From Acutalibacteraceae bacterium (lineage in GTDB: Bacteria; Bacillota; Clostridia; Christensenellales; UBA1242), in contig CAVCHC010000003.1 in assembly GCA_963602035.1 (NCBI GenBank), positions 1-54,191 of the forward strand: DNA of 54,191 bases. Reading direction: 5' to 3'. The notes beneath the pieces are model-generated. The model had not been told where the DNA came from and searched no databases. It saw only the letters and a list, made by a program, of their open reading frames with translations. Position 1 is the stretch's first letter, and each line of letters opens with the position of its first letter. Position numbers and translations under genes: made by a program. Below, in pieces: positions 51,101-54,191 of this stretch.

Positions 51101-53879
51101 TTGAAACGGTGAACTCAGCAACGGTGTACGTATTGTCAGCATTTAATGTAAAGAAGAAGAGTTTGTCAGAAAAATCGGTGTATTTATTAGTATTTGTGTT
51201 GCACTCTAAAACGCCGCTTTCGCACAGGTTGCCCTTAGCGTCTTTTACGTAGCCCGCGTTTAAAAAGCTTCGCGCGTCTTCGATGTTTTTAATGGTAAAG
51301 ATTTCGTCTTTTGTTCCGCCGTTGCCATCGTCAACTTTAACAGGGGTAGTGTGCGCGTTAAAGTCACTAAGAACGGTGTTTTTGATAAGCGTAAACGTGG
51401 TTACGTTTGAAACGGTTGAAACAACAACGCAGTCAAACGATTTAACCGATTTGTCAGCATTGTAAGCATAGTTGCCATAATAATAGCTGTTATAGGTGGT
51501 AACGCCCGCCTTGTAATTACTGTCACGGTAACTGTAAGTATAAATACTGTCGCCAAGGGTGACGTATGTGCCCGTTTCGTCAAGCACGGCGCCCGCAGCG
51601 TTAGACTTTTCGGCCTTTAAATATTGGCCGGTTTTAGAGTTAAAGATGATGTCAAACCCGCCGCCCGTGTAATAAACGCACGAGGTTATTGATGGGGTTT
51701 CAACGTTGTATGAAACAAGCAGGTGATTTTCAGGCACGATGATTGAAAGAATGATGTTGGTTGTAACGTACCCGTGGATGTCTTCTTTGGTTGTAACCGA
51801 TTTGATGATTTCGTATTTAAAGGTTGGGTCAAGCGGGCTGTCAGCGTCAACGAGGGTGCCGTCTTCGGTAACCTTTTTGATGTTAACGATGATGTTAGAA
51901 GAGTCTGCGTACTCCGTGCCGATAATGCCCGCAAGCGTTTTATCACTTTGGGCAACGAAAAGGGCTTTTGTTACGGCCTCGCCGATAAGTACGTTGCTCA
52001 TCGTTGCGTTATGGAATGACCAGTTGGTTTTGATGCTTGCATTGTCGCCCGTTTGGGTTGAGGCCTTTTCAAACACGATGGCCATATTGTGTTCAAGCCC
52101 AGTTACCCTAAACGTAGAGCCGTCTATAACGAACCCAACGGTTACACTTCGCCCGCTTTCGGTAGTAAACACAAACACGTTGCTGCCCGTTGTGCGGTAA
52201 ATGTAGTTAGACTCGTTGGCGTCAAGCGTATAAACGTCGTTTGACTTGGTGTATCCATTTTCGTCCGTGCCGATTAGGTAAAGAGAAAGGGTGTAGCCCG
52301 AAAGGTCGTGGTTTTTGTTTCCGCTGAAAAACTCGTCGCCAGCAAAAACGCTGCCCGATTGGGTAAAGTTTTTAACCTTGTTAAAGTTGGCATAGAACGT
52401 GTAGCCGCTTAGCGCGCGGTGAGCACAAACGTTAAGGGTTGAAAGGTTGATTTCGTTGCCCTCGTCGTCAATAAGGGTGGCGGTTGGGTCTGTAAAATCC
52501 GCGGTGCCCGTAATGCCAAGTTTTTCATAAAACAGGTTGTTTTTGGTAAGCGTGGTAAGGTTAACGCTTTGGCTAAGTACGCTTAAAGTTGGTGCCGCTT
52601 GGTTAAGGTAAAAGTGATTAGCAATAAACGCCTTAGTGTTGTCATTTTGAACAAGGGCGGTGTTAGTACTGGTAACAAAATTGTTTAGTCCCGCGATTGA
52701 AAGAGGAAGCGTGCCCTTTATGCTTGGGTTAAACTTGGCCTGGCTGTTAGTTGTCCACGAGCCTAGGGCATAGTCACTGCCCGCGTACGTTTTTCGATTA
52801 ACGCGGACGATGCGCCCCTCTGGGAAGTACCCTTCAAGGTAGGTAATTTTTGCGTCATCTGGGTTAGCAGTAACGGTAACTTTTTGTTTAGCAAAATAGT
52901 AAATATCTTTGTCGTATTCAAGGAAGCCGACGTTTGATACGTCGTCCGCGCTGTTAGGGCTGTAAACCGAGAAGGCAAGGCGGATGGCCTTAAAACCTGT
53001 AACGGATGAATACGCACTGTCTCCACGGCCGGTTTCGGTTTTGGCGATGGCCTTAACCTTTATCGTGCGGTCAGTGTTTTTGCCTTTAAGCATTGGGTTG
53101 AAAACAACGATAAGGCGGTTGTATGGGATGCCCGCTTCGGCGTTTTGAACGGGGCGGGTGGCGGTGTCGTCTTCGGCAACGCGGATGTAGTCAGCAGGCA
53201 AGCGCTTAGTTTCGCCGTTAACCTTTTGAGTGAAATAAATCGCGTCTGGGTTAAGGGTGGTGTACGTTTTGCCATCAGCCGTTGTTTTGGTTTGATAAAG
53301 TTGAACGGTTTCGTCAATATGGCTGGTTACGCGGATAGGCGACCCGTCAACAACGATTTCATAGTCAGGGAAAGTGATGTCTGTTGAAACGGCGCGATAA
53401 AGAGTGGCGGTTGAGCCGTCTTCTTTGTTTATGCACCAATTTGTGCCATTAAAATATATGGCCGATTTTTCGCCCGTGTAAGCGTCGTCTTTAAGGCGCT
53501 GTTGCTCTTCGGTTGACAAACTTACCTTTTCAAGAAGGGCAAGGCTGCTTTCGCTGTAATAGAAATTCGTGCCAAGATATTGGTCATCCTTATAAACGCT
53601 TTTCGTGTTTTTGGCGTAATAAGAGAAGTTCCACGAAAGGGAGCCTGTTATTGATTCGTCAATCTCGGTGCCAAGGTATGGGCTGTTAAAGGTAACAGTA
53701 GGCGCAATAAGCCTGCGGTTGCCAAACTCGTCAAACGTGGTGTTGCCTTCGCTTGATTGCGAAAAGTCACACGCGACCATGCCAAAACAGCAGCTGATTA
53801 AGATTGCAAAAAAACAAAGCATTTTGGCTAGGCTGAATTTTGATTTTTTTGATTTCAAACTAACGGTTGTACTTTCCAT
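33195..53879 (-). CDS. giant (6,894 aa) predicted surface lipoprotein with divergent InlB-B-repeat-like (FxGW) modules and a C-terminal two-helix membrane anchor
   Basis: Uninterrupted 20,685-nt ORF with an AAAGGA RBS 6 nt upstream of ATG 53879. The N-terminus MESTTVSLKSKKSKFSLAKMLCFFAILISCCFGMVA-C37 has a basic n-region, an h-region and a lipobox-like MVAC. At least 13 recurrences of aromatic-x-(F/L)-x-G-(W/F/Y) are present (LLGWY, FMGWY, FVGWA, LIGWY, FKGWY, FIGWF, FLGFK, FLGYY, FIGWV, FLGFY, FEGWY, FKGFV, FIGWA). Each is followed by a strand ending in ..A.F/Y. The tail is GALVALGVIAVVAIVA...KIAAIASAIGLGAGAIIAVGSSLIAQV. Confidence 0.85.
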   Translation of the reverse strand: MESTTVSLKSKKSKFSLAKMLCFFAILISCCFGMVACDFSQSSEGNTTFDEFGNRRLIAPTVTFNSPYLGTEIDESITGSLSWNFSYYAKNTKSVYKDDQYLGTNFYYSESSLALLEKVSLSTEEQQRLKDDAYTGEKSAIYFNGTNWCINKEDGSTATLYRAVSTDITFPDYEIVVDGSPIRVTSHIDETVQLYQTKTTADGKTYTTLNPDAIYFTQKVNGETKRLPADYIRVAEDDTATRPVQNAEAGIPYNRLIVVFNPMLKGKNTDRTIKVKAIAKTETGRGDSAYSSVTGFKAIRLAFSVYSPNSADDVSNVGFLEYDKDIYYFAKQKVTVTANPDDAKITYLEGYFPEGRIVRVNRKTYAGSDYALGSWTTNSQAKFNPSIKGTLPLSIAGLNNFVTSTNTALVQNDNTKAFIANHFYLNQAAPTLSVLSQSVNLTTLTKNNLFYEKLGITGTADFTDPTATLIDDEGNEINLSTLNVCAHRALSGYTFYANFNKVKNFTQSGSVFAGDEFFSGNKNHDLSGYTLSLYLIGTDENGYTKSNDVYTLDANESNYIYRTTGSNVFVFTTESGRSVTVGFVIDGSTFRVTGLEHNMAIVFEKASTQTGDNASIKTNWSFHNATMSNVLIGEAVTKALFVAQSDKTLAGIIGTEYADSSNIIVNIKKVTEDGTLVDADSPLDPTFKYEIIKSVTTKEDIHGYVTTNIILSIIVPENHLLVSYNVETPSITSCVYYTGGGFDIIFNSKTGQYLKAEKSNAAGAVLDETGTYVTLGDSIYTYSYRDSNYKAGVTTYNSYYYGNYAYNADKSVKSFDCVVVSTVSNVTTFTLIKNTVLSDFNAHTTPVKVDDGNGGTKDEIFTIKNIEDARSFLNAGYVKDAKGNLCESGVLECNTNTNKYTDFSDKLFFFTLNADNTYTVAEFTVSNTTNGDISSNVTAYKSNLTFGNGTNNQQVYFYYDIMSVTKNGTDTYYYTAPIGKSTTGGNVWFYDFNYTSNPEIVLGKTILNNPTAYQEFYNLLGEKIVSNYFYYVRPVTKTSVQIRQYSTRGEAEGTLTFYYTEDFNGHREGDEYADDFEVQVEYTADSIYNSIEIAGTIYKVYFDPTTFTFKITDSNGTDLTALFNLSFGLGAGGELYYANGTKFVRSNSIISNLATGDFKFEDEDSAAQNFFKTGTYKTINNDSGYGLTLKIGYIAISRKTGQAATNVTYDGNWIIDGNTVTGVDDKYFIFPTFTVNEGAGDTSVFLRIALLKDGVPDENNAKVVTTNNLEKVAHYYFLDDHNTRHNLRCETTSTAYITKREAFILDKNTNQKTQVMVWGKFVPTSNPDETIIYPSFSSLLSYNDTNCYIFDYINGYYYNIDYSSEKAIREGYPGSYWLSGSPYPNPVLYLSVRHKINELAEVNLSLDVKKVFYTEVMSTQLSNSSSSLIYDFSTYSFKDTIANIDANDYINNVYFALSRKDMSLIDAFKLTALDGGGYAYAVIKDADGNIVFDYADGVTLKVNEIYVDDDGNIFWTDEMDANGHYSNRVYIKTQEMTDIYVLGADGKFSYFKPLKDEDCYIWKTSKKEITNVGYFDIHGYTTDKKTGTILFNSGELDLNDVCNELDGLTLGNISNLASDYNYDEVIISGVTRAYRTSANVTRDDLYGYAREESIPILDSYDTKETYFLFGKEKVMFVADPIVNAGADVYYRFKEWVVYSRYNSGIIYYDNAENQYLADSGYKNSNIFAFLPENAGRYVILPVYQRVFSIDTSTEVENGPLNQGGSVIVYYKDGASVDIKNAGNQDVFTLEYLKTEIGGRLGYYYNNIEFTPYVYVKEAKYENGEFTLKLNKLTSVLNLSGFGIGKSGYLVTYIDEDGNEVKEVINTLSTIENKDTSGLFKLTHENVKYFATFFANVSTNVTVDFISEGLYDYIGFTVTCENRIENLNIMGPAYKYQLAEVNNQLYIVEDVSAANELTLRDAPIAKLNNFKINVVNILTGKISSEFAGYFHNSNNDLIAGELGLDEDGKLNTRLMYKTGYYDRGSNIMLSALPDEGYRLLGWYDEFGNSLYELYGEQTRTYNESDKILRAYKYNGNYYYKRTKNADGSFSYSDDDLVPARLLYTVRGLYINTGTSVAPNYIEVFYSAAKDAYYYDSAYTIAVDKKYTHKLNTTTGDEEVIVKEMAHFDAITKVTSGDGLAYYFLNSVQVYKRNYNEKMYDFGNTGDDGTFDYYRAVNSGNVRFEGNNLVILSLHCNVKFTARFKEVYQSMIMTDGEFEGITVEAIYYYNAQDNSQANRLDNNLNVIEMDPDNIANVGKDITASSIDSSLFKLFDLDDPNMGFYSATIRDLINQPKGYVALSKTNSTPTAEDNAWSRLIGGNGLVDALGNAGKRAVKGDDESFALTDLYFDTETTVLMVVKTLASAPLQLHTLGIPSDFNVQPIIFPTADYITENASKRQVGANQTGAATDYRADYLYYLLEVTYNRDPENDYADLIVHPTREISVVWDILMGNYSATYGQFFDTEISYTGRRLADGVTKTNTLSINLNNYFDFNTDENQFTIRLKDGKAADFTNVLRQLTDEMVDHDLGGDFGLVANLIDSRKAYTRLVDLFIEIEDILKAGGGEFSFAGVRLNQGYLDSLPDEYLDDLKASVFFDSTKNEWITAGLDKIGEIYDTLSSLVIPNDGSRDEKFKNFKYDPAFNNRNDYSQDTHPCITKFVNAPVGDGSVNFINLTAIEMFNFSISSITIDGYDKDGNIIYSDENAHPLGTSADDNSFIFYTAVGTNDRTYMGGVNYVDGFGGLYYNGSVTTSVGGIQFTRKYIDRDPDYQTNVAGLPKYAYRDFLLAENTLLLFEGLANQSPNEGYDFMGWYQQKRIHDVYDRYFDKNGVRLNVINFNENSDYELVKRENGTFAIYKKGKDGKSTPVKEDKNTPLTQRIFFIDEQTLELFYADGTPVKIEGKDASEQLYDYREWTSLELVSTSYRHPFVALANADTIITAMFKRYATLNFQFDPTEFTVNSSVSVDSMSQPLRYSLIALSKADGTRAVVDENKTKQEIYETFYEQYNLHKDDYSYLISITGAFYVDATPTYTLTPVGGYRLDGVYNAVTTLPADFIRKNVVEFDDNNNTIIKYSHNSTLGVTDMSTTLINVGTEENPNLKPLSTYDALNLVGIIYATVSINNLFASLPYTPDGTATKDASTLSTTLIAKAQRVTLLYTKVEGYIVENEDTKERELSPYHFLLSNVTGLKGAYTFGENDRVYFNSKLFFETVNVLKLGKQPALTLDLNNIANTTDIVLCFANDFYGRSTGFIDEWLVSALMKNKIQKMIDDTIAKTLEKNKAGADYTFTEAENAQIKNAVLKQLQEQYKTVADIETEIRASSEFATALAELGYVVEEERDPDTDEVIRPRTATGLAKTDAQMYYFVEISGTTLAFYGYFDNTKTDDQALYLQTSLQEGSEEKAIDHWYINAQTPSTISYKEGKGLNEDAEFPTEQEIKFEYAETDPKSELNGKFVLSKENLTYHLRAIIKQQERFSVGFAFARSLDRDNIDDSTFMTLLDMLYKKAESELGEGATQADIYAKMESYLISGQDGTFENLIKITYSGVKYEALSADKNIETSEDPTNTNVNGSLTTKHHEGRYDTATHFVLSIENRFVVINQTIAVDGTNLVTAGDVYAFVGWANAEGNIISTALSIEVTEIGTYQARFVKTARIDFINEDGTEVINMKNIEIVSEAKIQDTTEHLSQVFGYYDGGAYYYALVGFPVSYTITPDDGFIIKEVSKKGLSDETFIPIEAIEVNNTTKAATYQIKATEDSVIKINTQPGFMLTVDQMVFSDYMQTTAGTKLTAPILYTTDPSIKESNIFAKGTKIKLTFNAGTNPYKLIGWYVNNVKVEADDDGAIEIELNENTVVELRVLKTITVILKASTDYSETGTVLSSVNAKVVRVSDATILYNGSANPSYARITNILAGEKLNISATFNNELTFKGWYYLGDTDNTPISTNSEFEFAINGNNPHLNTSNEITLVAVFAFTKTITISKNLNTDGTYRPSNETKFDVMIEYTNVYGETIQTTLGSSSSITINVLNDSSSKIKITAIVDKNYVDKYFFQYYSNDTSGTSAFSYEEIYEVLVSNLTYSTISANFTQGRTATFFRRMNDNLYTGTDVVINVNYSPSILDGKTLDGTADTEEGKEFVQLGFTEKGKATIVANAYVNTESASEQMRSHLKFIGWFIDGKEASTFTGVTVNGNTITITDPYNVAMFKPDTNDAVIEARYAQVANITFTKTLIGGNANSTKTFNDSITANLYLNNLVDGQVKILQIPLGKGVSTGSHDAAYLYSYIALTASRYAGFKFLGFKVTKNGGDGEFITDGTGKADTADVVRYFIGETGGEECFDYKIEAVYGLEYTLNMIGVNMGGGEVSFAGCPTTVGAGETITLTSSGGSVFLGYYAKNKNGEYVLISNDENATFDGSTLIDNYGDDYGNIIIEARYTKTVNINVEAYDRNGNLVNRFTNTYPYGVEATLTAPADFKAWALANADGTNRLYAYYSTNSKLTILPLEDKTYYCLCDATVTDVGPFNYSPRPKTVLVEDSTGLIPDGTTYTPLAGDYLTQETNGESGAITSYGVNYNAAIKAGYLFIGWVAGLKYVVGEDAENYHYMPFSNSLTIGAENMEYYDVFAVFVKAHKTIIKRNGTTHAGSFNFTFSTSPASSSPSPVYTEINENGDITIYTAVDGTLNITAVDGYELVSGANDPTVSTIRIVKTIKVGTIINPKTTESRVSDNGDNDNSTESKDNTLADSYDATQTPSPSNDIDFDFDATKGSIKTYPNTDATSTDKTFAFDNILTIAKPNEGYFLARYEVTTHLSNGAEITRTYYHHRNIPFIALYGNVTVKAVFMKAFNIAIDNANDPTNNGDINVKETTTDTDTVQHKTVEIKAQEGYRIAGLIVDDQYYKVNYSEGFNGIPNAVVTPKFSDPDQSKFEQTYITDVTLEFAFANDDDVHDVKVTALFVKVITLDVYDGRTLGKDDGTAPKHYLLYTDAYYYYDGTIEGQEGINHVQDYINGTRTLIPVLYYYLVGSTIQRLLPDTEGELGFDTNPDNQDKIDDKFLGFYYNNTVIPDNGDKFSEVFKSNNNFTIIATFNQKKKVDVSFGLFDSEGKTRLNGAGKDNYKSKFNTPTLGLLITKTALKSANGSSDDVETTDFLADAFTIKTLEYFANDNLVLNAKGNGYWIFEGWYNAKTGALITKNGAFNPNAYEDVTEVYAKFNEEVRKIIVSMNYDLSNNNDNIYLGKDKDNTNSVLSILADTKTFDLTTKDGDVRRAYVQTETIDGKTYITITYSIASVEKEDTFYIGDARFTQASAGKPYQALSVDASGTDVMYKFKNFTGGNGNILSGYTYVKGGSNNPFAIVNLSEFYQNQALNLNATQMFSVQFIYALLADNNDKVDDITLTIRVNGLELEEVRKAGKGHASNASDPLSQIFIQIWVEEGDVVTIDAPTKNLPFNTIGYSTWPLVTKVTDGEYYYDALVYESIGAGGFTYRLADTGVTGVSLTDWKTITRAKSFGDVSALVSFGGDVDSVSTYTYIAKQNMSFVADYAGIFSFNRKYINAAISASDALSSITNGILSPNTSSGTTFGIDALTPNTETSFVFKSNTSTILDILDRNNNLIRGNKPGETSSSNLTYYYFKDQNTLDEDEETIQAIISSRQTNKPDDQISADDGNFTENGLKFITEQLGNITLTAGYTTPTLNSLSNRTGYVVNRFKSLYDELTALIADKSATKKDISNLISRFNQLQMGISSTITDKYSDSLSVTSTQNAKAFTQKINGENQALNFISQDYVRVGSTLTLSAKSTNSNWFFKGFVIINSASTNTINPFAEGKKLEEENSYISYKVIPYLYGVSNDLQSIKYDEDTHTYTLDSVVAGDMQVIALYEKALIQVEVRLKNLTDDLQNTYNDLIAKNSNDKSALEGQRLAGVDLDNDPTSSSGRLSTSTISIVADGEPAIISTKTYPFSQFIGWASDNYTDEIFYTDGGNEPKTIDEIKAIYADSKIDKLRFDRSEQGKTQLFLVNPENARNNLYVYPVNDKIVVGAYFAPMSYVISFEIEEVDVATDVNRDQVNQTSFVSIIDTEGEDKVTRFIETMFDENGNRLSSFQRVKSSLISVERSLIPEAVTDESGNPIVDANGEPVVKYYLKYKTGEYVYRKFEDRTKDKIEIIPNSYSTGKIDDEGNAIMQTVTLNSSNFYRETNITLFNSSVPSNYGYYFETNTINGPQTTIKRGLIQISLNNKKYLDINDLKPTAYPINSDGDILNIERGADGTMTVVSANIGGEVIDAENLTEAQKTIANWRVNYVVSALPKSGFPTVKVNLSSPTYTDLAGNTKRDTTITPFTFDDSDYIKKLQALLEANGLDDVSMYDRNSNRDISLISGFYNRAFASSKLLTDPTFKFSDCNFTLKLLYAREATKLVAKVSSTSGKSIIMTSRGSSENIRYIQNNLSSYTIYVLENGAFVIDKLTDALAVAGARRETITMQQITTMLEILQTFAKTDTFKSINEKSKLNGRGLFEFYLGTGISYDAMLREYSSEIESAGIANYQDFIPTINNILRNYTSVEPTFDLSKMLKIRVIDVFGWFTGTYVSKSATELVDELIENNTRAVDLYTQIANDCEALVCPDGDFYQPITSENFTSFYLNSGDCAVTHVELAAKFQPQQNLTFNKNGSVKKAIRPYLYYNEASLGYEHIEKLGALTLTYSNSDTLSYSQETNEQTPNNWQKLSNFLSSIFTCGTMFTGTFVTDLVGLVAPMGRNIVDLNGGAIVSNITINTQKQIAAMVLPFWQGNVPTGEWAEVAGDIMKGALVALGVIAVVAIVAKCPPLAPLLGKLAAAGKIAAIASAIGLGAGAIIAVGSSLIAQVSAQYEWTQMLKMKP

Positions 53880-54191
53880 AACATATCCTTTTGTTTAGTT
53901 TTTGATTTTTTATTATATAAATACTTATTTATATACGCATATAATATCATATTTTGTCGAAGACACCAAACGATTGAAAAGGGTTTTGAAAGTTTAAGAA
54001 AATTTTTTTGTGGACAGGCATTTTCAAAAAATATTGTGGCCAGTTTTAAAATGCGGTTTTATGCGAAGGAAATAAATTTTTGATGCGTTTTAAATAACTT
54101 TTTGGACAGCCTCCAAAAAAAGTTTTTAGGTTGTTTTAAAATAAATTTTTAATCAGTTTTAAAACCAGACAAGCTGTTGGCTAGTTTAATG

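Noticed and set aside
33195-53879. Sortase-anchored (LPXTG) or S-layer (SLH) type giant surface protein
   Set aside because: No LPXTG-like motif followed by a hydrophobic and basic tail is found at the C-terminus. An internal LPKSG is far from the end. No SLH, choline-binding or LysM repeats were recognised. The C-terminus instead has two hydrophobic helices.

Overview
This 54,191-nt window reads like a chromosomal segment of a Gram-positive bacterium. It is Bacillota, probably a spore-forming Clostridia-like lineage, judging by a T-box leader on pheST, Obg with a C-terminal OCT domain, tsaE-tsaB-rimI, murF-ddl and a PdaB-type deacetylase. The first ~31 kb is mostly plus-strand housekeeping: nth, obg, yhbY, pheS/pheT, a DeoC-like gene, tsaE/tsaB/rimI, an alpha/beta hydrolase, a membrane-fused murF, ddl, DUF1538 plus two PII-like genes, murG and a GyrB/ParE-GyrA/ParC type IIA topoisomerase pair. 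Several orphan low-complexity or membrane proteins sit among them. The last ~23 kb is a minus-strand two-gene unit. Its first gene is one uninterrupted 20,685-nt ORF (6,894 aa) with a lipoprotein-type signal, at least 13 divergent FxGW-type B-repeat-like modules and a C-terminal two-helix membrane anchor. Its stop codon overlaps the RBS of a 621-aa protein with a signal peptide, three SH3b-like modules and a C-terminal TM helix. This giant-gene pair is the best candidate here for an undescribed cell-envelope system. Two other oddities recur. (i) Many intergenic regions consist of degenerate tandem echoes that begin inside the 3-prime end, stop codon included, of the upstream gene. The same tendency seems to have produced in-frame low-complexity inserts in rimI and ddl. 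(ii) Four families of short interspersed repeats are present: a ~145-nt element with a 16-bp stem whose mismatches are G:U-compatible only on the plus strand, a GATTGCCACG...CGCAATGACA motif, AAGTTG/AAGTGA hexamer arrays at gene ends, and a ~60-70-nt TAGGACTTA...GGGGCGGAG element. I recognised no rRNA, tRNA, CRISPR array, transposase, integrase or phage gene. All calls were made by eye from the sequence and ORF track, and motif-level coordinates may be off by 1-2 nt.
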